DNA of 64,000 nt, from positions 1-64,000 of the IMG/VR virus record IMGVR_UViG_3300042317_000620; one strand, 5' to 3'. The notes below the pieces were generated by a model. The model was not told the origin of the DNA. It worked only from the letters and a program-made list of their open reading frames with translations, and ran no database searches. Positions within the stretch are counted from its first letter, which is position 1; each line of letters opens with the position of its first letter. Source of the stretch: a virus (lineage: Duplodnaviria > Caudoviricetes). The translations under genes were made by a program, and so were the position numbers. This document shows, piece by piece, positions 1 through 8,059 of the stretch.

Positions 1-1
1 A

Positions 2-115
2 CAAGGTGAGATTTATATTGATGAAACATTTGATTTGTTTCTTACCATGTTAGGACTAAAAGATGAAGGATTTGATAGTCTTGATGAGTTGTTTGAAATT
101 TGGCGTAATCCATAA
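2..115 (+). CDS. 3' end of a small acidic hypothetical protein (truncated by window start)
   Basis: Own translation: QGEIYIDETFDLFLTMLGLKDEGFDSLDELFEIWRNP*, open from position 2 to TAA 113-115. Confidence 0.65.
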   Translation, partial: QGEIYIDETFDLFLTMLGLKDEGFDSLDELFEIWRNP

Positions 116-266
116 ATAGATCGGCGCAAGTTTTTCCAATACTGTAGATGGTGTGTTGGAATTACTGGCAACTTTTTTCTTACATTCTCATCTTGATCTA
201 ACGCGGCCCAACGCAGCAGCGCATGGGCCTCGAGGGTACAAATCATATCAAATTGGACATATCAGA

Positions 267-1093
267 CAAACCCTATTTCCCCAAACCTTATTACGAAGAC
301 AATTATATTTTCCCAAACCCTTATTACGAAACATTTTAAAAAATCCCAGAAACTTTAGTGTTATAATTGTTCTATGAGTCCAAGAAACCATTTTACTAAG
401 GCTATATATGGCCCTTATTACTTATCTTCTAAACATTACGATATACCTACAAACCCCCAAACAAGGTTTGAAGTATTTACCCATAGGGTGTTTAAGTATA
501 CTGGTATAAGTAAGGTTATAGATCTTATTAAATCCCCTGGAAAAATTACTCCTAACCATCCCCTGCCAGAAGTACCGCAGGTGCAGCCGAAGGTAGTAAA
601 GCCAGCCACCCAGGAAGAGATTGACGCCTACAATTTTCGGCGGGAACAACGTAAACAATCTAATCAATAATACCCCTATATAGAACATTACGATACCAAA
701 CCTTTTTTCCTGGTTTTCTTTTATTTATCAAACCTTTATATAATTTTATTACGAAATACTTTAAAATATCCTGGAATTTGTTACCAAATTGTTATACATA
801 TTTGGCAACTTGACAAACCTTTATATCTATGATATGGGGGATATGGGGTTTGGGATATAAGGTTTGAAGGTTTGATGGTTTGAAGATATAAGGTTTGGAG
901 ATAAGAGGTTTGGCCCCTAGACATTACGGCCCCATCTGTATAAGCGCTCCATAACCCATTACTCTCCACTTTCCTCCACTATACACCAAACACTTATATC
1001 TCAGTAACATTTATTTCATCCAAACCTCCCTATTACAATAGCCTTTATAGGTCATATAAGCCTATTTGCGAGGGGATATCAAACACCCAAACC
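267..1093. repeat. Field of CAAACC(T)TAT-type and ATTACG short repeats in both orientations (iteron-like)
   Basis: CAAACC at 267, 282, 314, 450, 697, 729, 814, 1021; reverse copies GGTTTG at 847, 861, 869, 877, 892, 907; ATTACG six times between 290 and 928. Confidence 0.75.
374..670 (+). CDS. Hypothetical protein
   Basis: 98-aa ORF; TGtTATAAT ends 6 nt before the ATG. Confidence 0.6.
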   Translation: MSPRNHFTKAIYGPYYLSSKHYDIPTNPQTRFEVFTHRVFKYTGISKVIDLIKSPGKITPNHPLPEVPQVQPKVVKPATQEEIDAYNFRREQRKQSNQ

Positions 1094-1130
1094 ATACTTC
1101 TTGGCCATAAAGTAGTATATAATTGAGAGT

Positions 1131-1247
1131 ATGTCCGACTATATGTGTGATATCTGTGATCGCTCTTTGGCCAAATATGTAACATTAAAAAATGCATATT
1201 GTAGTACATGCTATAGAGATGAAGTCCTATTGGATCAAATAGACTAA
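1131..1247 (+). CDS. 38-aa zinc-ribbon-like microprotein
   Basis: Own translation MSDYMCDICDRSLAKYVTLKNAYCSTCYRDEVLLDQID* with two CxxC; TATAAT 7 nt upstream. Confidence 0.55.
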   Translation: MSDYMCDICDRSLAKYVTLKNAYCSTCYRDEVLLDQID

Positions 1248-1330
1248 TGTTTGATTTTAGGTCATATGAGTTTATATGTGTATCTATAAGTATAGTTCTT
1301 ATTGGTATCCTAGTGATTATTGCTTCTTGA
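1247..1330 (+). CDS. 27-aa hydrophobic micropeptide
   Basis: MFDFRSYEFICVSISIVLIGILVIIAS*; TAATG stop/start overlap with the previous ORF. Confidence 0.4.
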   Translation: MFDFRSYEFICVSISIVLIGILVIIAS

Positions 1331-1355
1331 CTTCCCCCGCAAAATTTGATACACT
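1327..1355 (+). promoter_or_regulatory. Housekeeping-sigma promoter TTGACT-17-TACACT with extended -10 TG
   Basis: -35 at 1327-1332, -10 at 1350-1355, ATG 6 nt downstream. Confidence 0.65.
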
Positions 1356-1361
1356 TTAGTT

Positions 1362-1484
1362 ATGAACAATCATAATTGTGATTTTAGATTTGACCTAGAT
1401 GGGCAGATAACCTGTTCTATCTGTGGTGCTATGGATGACGATATGAAACCAGATATTTTTGAGAGCCAGATAGATTTTGAATAA
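1362..1484 (+). CDS. 40-aa Cys/His microprotein
   Basis: MNNHNCDFRFDLDGQITCSICGAMDDDMKPDIFESQIDFE*; HxC...CxxC. Confidence 0.6.
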   Translation: MNNHNCDFRFDLDGQITCSICGAMDDDMKPDIFESQIDFE

Positions 1485-1590
1485 GAACGAATGTATGAAG
1501 TGTGAGATGCATCACAAAGATCCTTTATTTTGGGATACTCATCAAACCATGACAGATGGTCATATTTGGTGTACTAAGAAAGGCAAGTGA
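1477..1590 (+). CDS. 37-aa Cys/His microprotein
   Basis: TTG start, MNKNECMKCEMHHKDPLFWDTHQTMTDGHIWCTKKGK*; overlaps both neighbours (GTGA with next). Confidence 0.45.
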   Translation: MNKNECMKCEMHHKDPLFWDTHQTMTDGHIWCTKKGK

Positions 1591-1823
1591 TACTAGTGAC
1601 AAGACAAGAGATGGAAGCAAAGATAGAATCATTAAAGAGTTCTAAAGGTGGATGGACTAAGGCTTCCCTTGCATCCCTTGGAGTTCCTTGGCCTCCTCCT
1701 GCTGGTTGGAAAGCAAAACTTTTAAACGATACAGGATGTAGCCATACTTGGTATATGAGAGAACCAGGTATCCAGTGTACAAAATGTGGAGATATTTGGC
1801 AATCTGAGGATACTAACACATAG
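1587..1823 (+). CDS. Hypothetical protein with GVPWPPP motif and C-terminal zinc ribbon
   Basis: GGWTKASLASLGVPWPPPAGWK; CSH...CTKC. Confidence 0.65.
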   Translation: MILVTRQEMEAKIESLKSSKGGWTKASLASLGVPWPPPAGWKAKLLNDTGCSHTWYMREPGIQCTKCGDIWQSEDTNT

Positions 1824-1842
1824 TGCTCGTGTAGAGCATAAG

Positions 1843-1876
1843 GGTGTTTACTGTTCTATTTACCGCCGAACTTTAA
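1843..1876. repeat. 34-bp direct repeat, copy 1 (flanks pstS)
   Basis: ggtgtttactgttctatttaccgccgaactttaa; 30/34 identical to 2982-3015. Confidence 0.8.
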
Positions 1877-2916
1877 GACTTAGATCCAATTAGTGCAATT
1901 TGCGCTTTTGCTATAGTTAGCGCCGAGCCTGTAAGTGGAGAGTATTCCAATTTTTTGGCTGAAAGAGTAGCGCATGAAGTGGCAGTATACTTAAAGAATC
2001 CTTTGATTATATTTGCCTTATCGCTTGCTTGTGTTGGTGCTAGGCCATAAGAGAACGAGGATATGTTGTAAGCCTTCTTATCCTTGTTGTTATAGTTTGG
2101 AACAATGATGCCATTTCCTTCAGGCTCAAAATCACTTAGGAATGCAGAGGCTGCTTCAGATGTAGGTTGCATAAACACACCAGCACCATTTTCAATAAAT
2201 GCCTTAGCAAGATTTTGATTTGTAGCATAAGAAGATTCCATATATCCTATTGCGCCATTTGTACGTGCAACCTGAGATGCCATAAGATTAGTTCCAGCAA
2301 CAGAACTAAAAGTTCCTAAAGGTAATTGAGTTTTTGGAAATGCTTGTGTAAAAGACTTGTTTGGAGCCTTTGTCCAGATTGATGGAGCAATAGCACTAAG
2401 ATATTCTGTTACTACTTGAGTTGTTCCAGAACTATCTGCACGATAGAAAACCATTATTTGTAGGTTTGGTAGTTTTGGTTTTACTTTCTTTATAGTATTA
2501 TCTTTAACTATTTGAGGATCATTCCACTTTGTTATATCCCCTGCAAAAATTTTAGCCAATGTTTTTTTCTTTAATTGAATCTTGCCTTTGTACCCATCAA
2601 TTCTATATGCAATTGCAATAGGGCCTGCTACTAATGGAACATACACAAAATCTTTTTCTTTATTAATTTGTGAAGCAGCAACATCACTTGCTGCAAAATC
2701 AACAGTGCCTAGCATAAACATATTAATTCCAGCACCTGATCCTAGTGCTGTGTATTCTATGCTATGTCCAGAGGCTTTTCCATATTGAACACGGCATTCA
2801 TCAATAAAGTTAGCAATGAATGATGAACCAGAACCCGTAAGTTGATCTGCATGGGCTGGTTGGGCGATGAGTAAAGATGCAGCGATTGCTGCTACGATAA
2901 ATCTAGAAGATTTCAT
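1873..2916 (-). CDS. pstS: Phosphate ABC transporter substrate-binding protein PstS
   Basis: Signal peptide; GSGSS, GSGAG, DFAASD, IFAGDITKWNDPQI, RADSSGTT and GAIGY motifs of PstS. Confidence 0.95.
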   Translation of the reverse strand: MKSSRFIVAAIAASLLIAQPAHADQLTGSGSSFIANFIDECRVQYGKASGHSIEYTALGSGAGINMFMLGTVDFAASDVAASQINKEKDFVYVPLVAGPIAIAYRIDGYKGKIQLKKKTLAKIFAGDITKWNDPQIVKDNTIKKVKPKLPNLQIMVFYRADSSGTTQVVTEYLSAIAPSIWTKAPNKSFTQAFPKTQLPLGTFSSVAGTNLMASQVARTNGAIGYMESSYATNQNLAKAFIENGAGVFMQPTSEAASAFLSDFEPEGNGIIVPNYNNKDKKAYNISSFSYGLAPTQASDKANIIKGFFKYTATSCATLSAKKLEYSPLTGSALTIAKAQIALIGSKS

Positions 2917-2981
2917 AATTTAATGATACCAGGAGTATTTTAATTTAGGGTAAATAGAAAAAGAACATCTAATTAACAGTA

Positions 2982-3015
2982 GGTGTTTGATGATCTATTT
3001 ACCTCCGAACTTTAA
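2982..3015. repeat. 34-bp direct repeat, copy 2
   Basis: ggtgtttgatgatctatttacctccgaactttaa; overlaps the stop codon of 3012..4049, as copy 1 overlaps the pstS stop. Confidence 0.8.
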
Positions 3016-4049
3016 AGCCCATCGCCATTAATAATGGTTTCCTCGCCTGAATTTATATCTCGGATTACCATCTTAACTGTGTAGTTTCCAGTTGCTAATA
3101 GGTCAGATACATTTACTGTACCGCCGTTTCCATCAATTCCAATAGATGTAGTAGATCCATTCGGACCAACCACCATGATTGATGCTAAAGTAGTTGATGA
3201 ATTAAAATTTGCAATTGGGGCAAAAGATATGATGCCAGACTTTATATCTCCATTGACTACTGATTGAACTACTGGTGCAGAAATTGTAGCCTTATCTTGA
3301 ACTGAATCTCTAGAATTAACTAATACTGGAATATTTGCATCTGCAGTAATGATTGGAACATCTTGATGTGTAACTGATTGATCAGTTGTCGTATCTCTAA
3401 TCACGGTTTGAACCGTTACATATTCATTAGAAGGCAAATTGTTTATTGTAATAGGATTAGAAGTGTTGTCTGTTGCCACACTTGTAAACGAAATGCCGTT
3501 GGTAATAACCTGAACCTCAACTGTTTGATTAGGGTTGGTATTTACAGGGGGTGCAAGGGTGATTGATGTTGAATAATCAGAATTAACAGATGTGGATACA
3601 ACCTGTGTAGTTACAGGAATAGAAATGTCTTGATTAGCCAGTGGATTTGGATCAAGTGATTGAACTACTGTAACAGCGTCACCTTGATTAATTGCCTCTG
3701 CTTTTACATCGCCAGTCACAGATGTATAGTTTACCTTTAATCCTTCAGGCATTTTAGCCAAAAATGTTACATTTTTGATAGTCGCAAGGTTCAAAGAAGA
3801 TGCTGGAATGTATGCAGTAATATAAGAATTGCCTGAGTTTGCATTCCAATATACTATTTTTGCAATAACTCCGTACTCAATATACGCATAGGTTTTATTA
3901 TCTTGTGGAACTTCAACTGCTTCGTCAATAGAGATTACGAAATCTGGATTTTGTACTTGGCGTTCTGCGACATGCCAATACGCTTGGGATGGAATAGCAG
4001 AAAAAAGAGTGATAAGGGCTGATGCCACAATAGACTTAAATTTAAACAT
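3012..4049 (-). CDS. Secreted beta-rich protein with two Fn3/Ig-like repeats
   Basis: N-terminal signal peptide (..PSQA-Y); internal repeat ITINNL..EYVTVQTVIRD / VNVSDL..NYTVKMVIRD. Confidence 0.65.
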   Translation of the reverse strand: MFKFKSIVASALITLFSAIPSQAYWHVAERQVQNPDFVISIDEAVEVPQDNKTYAYIEYGVIAKIVYWNANSGNSYITAYIPASSLNLATIKNVTFLAKMPEGLKVNYTSVTGDVKAEAINQGDAVTVVQSLDPNPLANQDISIPVTTQVVSTSVNSDYSTSITLAPPVNTNPNQTVEVQVITNGISFTSVATDNTSNPITINNLPSNEYVTVQTVIRDTTTDQSVTHQDVPIITADANIPVLVNSRDSVQDKATISAPVVQSVVNGDIKSGIISFAPIANFNSSTTLASIMVVGPNGSTTSIGIDGNGGTVNVSDLLATGNYTVKMVIRDINSGEETIINGDGL

Positions 4050-4078
4050 TTATATCCTTTGATAGTAGTTATGTATAA

Positions 4079-4107
4079 AGTATATCAAGTTTGGGTGTAC
4101 TTGTCAA
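4079..4107 (-). promoter_or_regulatory. Promoter TTGACA-17-TATACT (extended -10) for 3012..4049
   Basis: tgtcaa 4102-4107 and agtata 4079-4084 on the + strand. Confidence 0.7.
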
Positions 4108-4191
4108 CGCTGCATATAAGCAAGGTAGTTTAATATTACAAAAACAAACAAATAAATAAAGAAAATATACTTCATAGTGTATAATTGTAGC

Positions 4192-4329
4192 ATGGACACT
4201 ATAGAGAAAAAGGACGCTTGTGCTTATTGTAATCACCCTGCCTTCTATAATGATATAGGATTAAATGATAAAGGTATGTTTGCAGTATTAAGTGTATGTA
4301 AGTGCCACCTTGAAAAGTATGCTCCATAA
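4192..4329 (+). CDS. 45-aa zinc-binding microprotein
   Basis: MDTIEKKDACAYCNHPAFYNDIGLNDKGMFAVLSVCKCHLEKYAP*; CxxC...CxxH; TATAAT 6 nt upstream. Confidence 0.6.
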   Translation: MDTIEKKDACAYCNHPAFYNDIGLNDKGMFAVLSVCKCHLEKYAP

Positions 4330-4364
4330 TTGACAGACTGACTTCTGTAAGATATACTTAATAC

Positions 4365-4706
4365 ATGGAATCATTACTATTAGCAATTGCATTATTTTTG
4401 TCATCCCCCGCTGGACAAGATCCAAATAGGGAACTAATGTGGTTTGATGGATGTCAAAATATTACAGAACAACAATTAGACAACTCAACCTGGCAATATT
4501 CTTGCGGGGATAATGATATGATAGAACCACAAACTATAGAAGAATGGGTGGAACCAAATGCGGCAATCGAACACTTTAGCCTCACAAAACAAACAAAAGC
4601 GTTACCTAAAAAACAAAAAGCGTCTACAATCAAAGCCAAGCCTGTCAAGGCAGCAAAGACGGGAACAGGCAATAAGAGAAATCATGCTTCTAAACTACTT
4701 AAGTAA
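4365..4706 (+). CDS. Exported hypothetical protein with Lys-rich C-terminus
   Basis: Hydrophobic N-terminus; TTGACA-17-TATACT promoter ending 6 nt before the ATG. Confidence 0.65.
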   Translation: MESLLLAIALFLSSPAGQDPNRELMWFDGCQNITEQQLDNSTWQYSCGDNDMIEPQTIEEWVEPNAAIEHFSLTKQTKALPKKQKASTIKAKPVKAAKTGTGNKRNHASKLLK

Positions 4707-4741
4707 AACAGCAAAGCCAAGTCAAGAATCAGTTTCTAATA

Positions 4742-4906
4742 ATGATAAATAAAGTGAGTGGTCCTGATGATGATGGCTATATGCTTTATGCTAATTCAAA
4801 CAGACTGCTAGGATTTTGGGGCAATTTGTGTGGACTAGTGGCTACATTTTTTATTAATCAATCAATAAAACATGGAGATTATTTTGAAATATTAGACCAA
4901 GATTAG
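4742..4906 (+). CDS. 54-aa hypothetical protein
   Basis: Own translation MINKVSGPDDDGYMLYANSNRLLGFWGNLCG...LDQD*. Confidence 0.45.
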   Translation: MINKVSGPDDDGYMLYANSNRLLGFWGNLCGLVATFFINQSIKHGDYFEILDQD

Positions 4907-5278
4907 GTCTATTGTAGTTTTTTTAAGTTCTTCTTCTGTCCAAAGTCCAACTTTAGAATCTCCGCCATATGATTTTGCCAAACCAGAATTTATAAGTTGA
5001 TCATTAACACTTACCTCTGACTTTAAATATATTTTGCCAAGATATCTTCCATACTTATCAGGTTTAGATACTTCTAGTTTTACAAGTTTGCCTTCTAGGT
5101 TCTTAACTAAAAACTCTTTAAGGGCTTTTCCAAGTGGTGTATTTTTTTCTGCAGTATCAATACCAGATAATCTAATTCTTTCTTTGTGCCATACACTAAA
5201 TCCAAGATCAATAAATACATCACAGGTATCACCATCAACTACCTTGTCAATTTTTGTATAATATGTATACATAGCCAT
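4892..5278 (-). CDS. Staphylococcal nuclease (thermonuclease) family protein
   Basis: VVDGDT, RIRLSGIDTAE, DKYGRYLG and VNDQLINSGLA motifs. Confidence 0.9.
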   Translation of the reverse strand: MAMYTYYTKIDKVVDGDTCDVFIDLGFSVWHKERIRLSGIDTAEKNTPLGKALKEFLVKNLEGKLVKLEVSKPDKYGRYLGKIYLKSEVSVNDQLINSGLAKSYGGDSKVGLWTEEELKKTTIDLILV

Positions 5279-5279
5279 G

Positions 5280-5308
5280 TTGACAATTATAACATCGTTT
5301 GGTACAAT
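5280..5308 (+). promoter_or_regulatory. Promoter TTGACA-17-TACAAT upstream of thioredoxin and tRNA cluster (overlaps the divergent nuclease promoter)
   Basis: -35 at 5280-5285, TG-extended -10 at 5303-5308. Confidence 0.7.
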
Positions 5309-5354
5309 TGAACTATAGAAACAGCCTATTTAACACTTTAGAAAGGTCTTGGTT

Positions 5355-5606
5355 ATGAAAGAACTTATTCACTTTACAGCAGATTGGTGTCAACCATGCA
5401 AGGCTATGGCGCCAATTGTTTATCAATTTAAAGATAAACATCCAGAAATTATATACACAAAGATAGATGTAGATGAAAATCCAGATGCTGCTCAATTTTT
5501 TAATGTAAAAGGAGTTCCAACTTTTATATCTCAAATAGAGGGACTTAATCATGATCGAAGAACTGGTAAGTCTACTTTGTTTCAATTAGAATCACTGTTC
5601 GGATAA
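5355..5606 (+). CDS. trxA: Thioredoxin
   Basis: FTADWCQPCK active site, IDVDENP, GVPTF cis-Pro loop; start moved to ATG 5355 on SD spacing. Confidence 0.9.
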   Translation: MKELIHFTADWCQPCKAMAPIVYQFKDKHPEIIYTKIDVDENPDAAQFFNVKGVPTFISQIEGLNHDRRTGKSTLFQLESLFG

Positions 5607-5612
5607 AACTTA

Positions 5613-5686
5613 GCACCAGTAGCCAAGTTGGTTAAGGCCCCGAACTCATAATTCGGTTATCGTAGGTTCAAGTCCTACCTGGTGTA
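5613..5686 (+). tRNA. tRNA with CAT anticodon (Ile2 or elongator Met)
   Basis: GCACCAG/CTGGTGT acceptor; CCGAA-CTCATAA-TTCGG anticodon arm; GGTTCAAGTCC T arm; no encoded CCA. Confidence 0.92.
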
Positions 5687-5690
5687 CTAA

Positions 5691-5764
5691 TGGTCTGTAG
5701 CACAATTGGCAGTTGCACTCGGCTGTTAACCGAGATGTTGTAGGTTCGAGTCCTACCAGACCAG
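5691..5764 (+). tRNA. tRNA-Asn(GTT)
   Basis: TGGTCTG/CAGACCA acceptor; CTCGG-CTGTTAA-CCGAG arm; G discriminator. Confidence 0.93.
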
Positions 5765-5767
5765 CAA

Positions 5768-5839
5768 GGCACCATCGTCTATCGGTTAGGACATCGCCCT
5801 TTCACGGCGAAAAGACGGGTTCGACTCCCGTTGGCGCTA
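5768..5839 (+). tRNA. tRNA-Glu(TTC)
   Basis: TCGCC-CTTTCAC-GGCGA arm; GGTTCGACTCC T arm; one A-C mismatch in the acceptor stem. Confidence 0.9.
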
Positions 5840-5840
5840 C

Positions 5841-5913
5841 GCCCTCATAACTCAGGGGATAGAGTCACGGACTTCTAATCCGTTGGTCGCAGGTTCGAAT
5901 CCTGCTGAGGGCG
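5841..5913 (+). tRNA. tRNA-Arg(TCT)
   Basis: GCCCTCA/TGAGGGC acceptor; ACGGA-CTTCTAA-TCCGT arm; GGTTCGAATCC T arm. Confidence 0.93.
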
Positions 5914-6784
5914 CATATGTTTTATATGCAAAGTTAGCCCAAGCAAAATGAAACGCATATCCAAAATGAGCATCTTGGTCATCTCTTCTATCGTATGCAT
6001 CAATTATTATTTCTAAATCTTTATTTTTTTCAAAACAATACACAACATCATTAAAAAAATCTTTTTCATTTATTTTATAAAATGTTTTAAAAGAATTATA
6101 AAATTGATTTCCAGTTTTATTTTTATATAATGATAACCAATTTTTATTTTTTATTAAGTCATATCTATTAAACATTGATTGGATCCAAGAAAATGATATT
6201 AGTTCTATGTTATTAGAAAAACAATATTGTTCTAACATATTATATATGTTGTGTGTTAAGATTACTGATAAATAACTTGTTTCTTCCGTTTGATTTCCTT
6301 GTTTTTCTAAATAAATTATATCTCTATAAACATCTGGGAAATTAATAAAAATACAATCTGGCTTTCCAAACTTTTTTATATATTTAAAGATGTTAGATAT
6401 AATTTCAAAATAAGATCCTGCTGGAATTCCTAAATTATAAAAACCAGAAACTTTTTCTTTTAATTTAATTTGATCATATAGTTGTTTTGCCCATATAAAA
6501 TCTTGTGGTAATCCAACACCAAAAGTATTTGAACATCCAGCAAAAAGTAAATGTTTTCCTTCATGTTGATCTTTAAAGTCATCACACCTAAATCCATAGT
6601 TATTTAAATAATAAGTACTAGGATCATCACATAAATAATTTATTATATTTTCTTTTTGAAAATCATATGTCGGTCTTTGAACTGTAGAATTTGTTATAAT
6701 TTTTTTATTTTTTATTGACCAATATGGAACAAAAAAATCATTAGGATTTACAGTTTCTGGATTAAACTTAAAATTATTTAACAT
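5852..6784 (-). CDS. SGNH/GDSL-like hypothetical protein (paralog of 14858..15742)
   Basis: NNYGFRCDDF, LFAGCSNTFGVG, late DxH (DAH); last ~20 codons are antisense to tRNA-Arg. Confidence 0.7.
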   Translation of the reverse strand: MLNNFKFNPETVNPNDFFVPYWSIKNKKIITNSTVQRPTYDFQKENIINYLCDDPSTYYLNNYGFRCDDFKDQHEGKHLLFAGCSNTFGVGLPQDFIWAKQLYDQIKLKEKVSGFYNLGIPAGSYFEIISNIFKYIKKFGKPDCIFINFPDVYRDIIYLEKQGNQTEETSYLSVILTHNIYNMLEQYCFSNNIELISFSWIQSMFNRYDLIKNKNWLSLYKNKTGNQFYNSFKTFYKINEKDFFNDVVYCFEKNKDLEIIIDAYDRRDDQDAHFGYAFHFAWANFAYKTYAPSAGFEPATNGLEVRDSIP

Positions 6785-6811
6785 TAAAATCCTTTATTTA
6801 CAATTATAAAA

Positions 6812-7333
6812 TTATTTTTCTGGACAACAGTTAAATGAATCTAATTGTACTGCAGTAGATCTATCTGTTCCAAATGAAAGCATTGCAGACTTAGTTGCTG
6901 GAACACAATTGGGTACTGGTTTTCCATCTTTACCTGGTTTCATACCACGTTGCACATAGCCTTCCCAACATGGGGCAGCCTTTTCAATTCCAAATACATC
7001 AGCAAACAAAGCCTTGTTTTTTTCACGTTCTGCAATTCTGCGAGACCAAGAAAATCCTGCATCTCCGCCCCAAGCATCCCACATAATACGACCATTAGAT
7101 GGATTTGACGTGTTATAAAAATCTTTACCTTTTTTATCTACTTCATGACGAGAAAAAAAAGAATACATACGCTTTACCGTATCTAAAGATAATGCTCTTC
7201 CAGCAACAATGTCAGTTGCTCTACCCCAGCCTACAGGTGTACCAGCACCAGTTGCTTTTCCTTCTTCTTTCCATTTAAGCGCTCTACGAGCAGCAGCCTT
7301 CATGCCAGACGTTGGGCTATAAGTATCAGCCAT
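6812..7333 (-). CDS. Phage hypothetical protein (possibly head-associated)
   Basis: 173-aa ORF; TVKRMYSFFSRH, WDAWGGDAG, C-terminal CWEGY...VPNCVP module. Confidence 0.7.
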   Translation of the reverse strand: MADTYSPTSGMKAAARRALKWKEEGKATGAGTPVGWGRATDIVAGRALSLDTVKRMYSFFSRHEVDKKGKDFYNTSNPSNGRIMWDAWGGDAGFSWSRRIAEREKNKALFADVFGIEKAAPCWEGYVQRGMKPGKDGKPVPNCVPATKSAMLSFGTDRSTAVQLDSFNCCPEK

Positions 7334-7463
7334 TTTTCTTTTCCTTTGGCTTACCAGGCGTATATGGCTCTATACGAGACTTTATGCGACCATCTTTAGT
7401 CATGCGAACAATCCATCCATCTTTTATCTGCATTGGATTAAATGCATTCTTTGCTTTTTTCAT
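7326..7463 (-). CDS. 45-aa basic hypothetical protein
   Basis: MKKAKNAFNPMQIKDGWIVRMTKDGRIKSRIEPYTPGKPKEKKNG*; fills the gap and overlaps both neighbours. Confidence 0.6.
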   Translation of the reverse strand: MKKAKNAFNPMQIKDGWIVRMTKDGRIKSRIEPYTPGKPKEKKNG

Positions 7464-8008
7464 TATTTAGCAAAGCCCCTAGGATCAAGGATGCTATTAT
7501 CCCAAATAGACTTTGTAACTTTCTCTGAACTATATGTTCCACCTCTACGCTTATATTCTTGAACTACCCAAGAATTAGCGACAGCGCTTGGATACACATC
7601 AAATTTATCTTTTGCTGCTTGCACAACTCTAGCATAAAGTTGTGGATTTGATGGTCTTGATCCACCACTTCTTGGTTTAATAAAATCACCATAATTTGGT
7701 TTTTCTGCCTTGTCAACTGATTCGTAATCTTCTTCCATATTAGAGTTCTCCATTTCAGTATCTTTCATATCGGCAATTGTAGCATCCTTATACATCATTC
7801 CAATGCTATATGCTGTTGGTTTCCAGGTACCGTTTTCTTTTTTATAAATTCTAACAGACATTGCTGGATTTTCTGGTGGCATAGATTCTAAAGCATATTC
7901 TGATCCAGGTGTGCCTAGTGTTCCGCCTTCATTCATAATGTGTTCTACAACGCCATGTACCATGCCTTCAGTTGTTTGACCCATTACAAAACTTCCTTCG
8001 TATACCAT
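7463..8008 (-). CDS. Two-domain hypothetical protein (C-terminal DUF5872-like)
   Basis: LYARVVQAAKDKFDVYPSAVANSWVVQEYKRRGGTY; TGtTATAAT 6 nt before the ATG. Confidence 0.65.
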   Translation of the reverse strand: MVYEGSFVMGQTTEGMVHGVVEHIMNEGGTLGTPGSEYALESMPPENPAMSVRIYKKENGTWKPTAYSIGMMYKDATIADMKDTEMENSNMEEDYESVDKAEKPNYGDFIKPRSGGSRPSNPQLYARVVQAAKDKFDVYPSAVANSWVVQEYKRRGGTYSSEKVTKSIWDNSILDPRGFAK

Positions 8009-8059
8009 CCTTTAATTATAACAGATATTCTGGTATACTATTATAGTTGAAAGGTAATA

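Noticed and set aside
13-377. ORFs 13..246 (-) and 153..377 (+)
   Set aside because: They overlap a better plus-strand gene end, hairpins and repeats, and show no start signals or protein-like motifs.
836-912. G-quadruplex
   Set aside because: Only three tracts of three or more G; the pattern is better explained by the GGTTTG repeats.
267-1093. Repeat field as a mini CRISPR array
   Set aside because: The repeats are short, degenerate, irregularly spaced and in both orientations, with no constant-length spacers.
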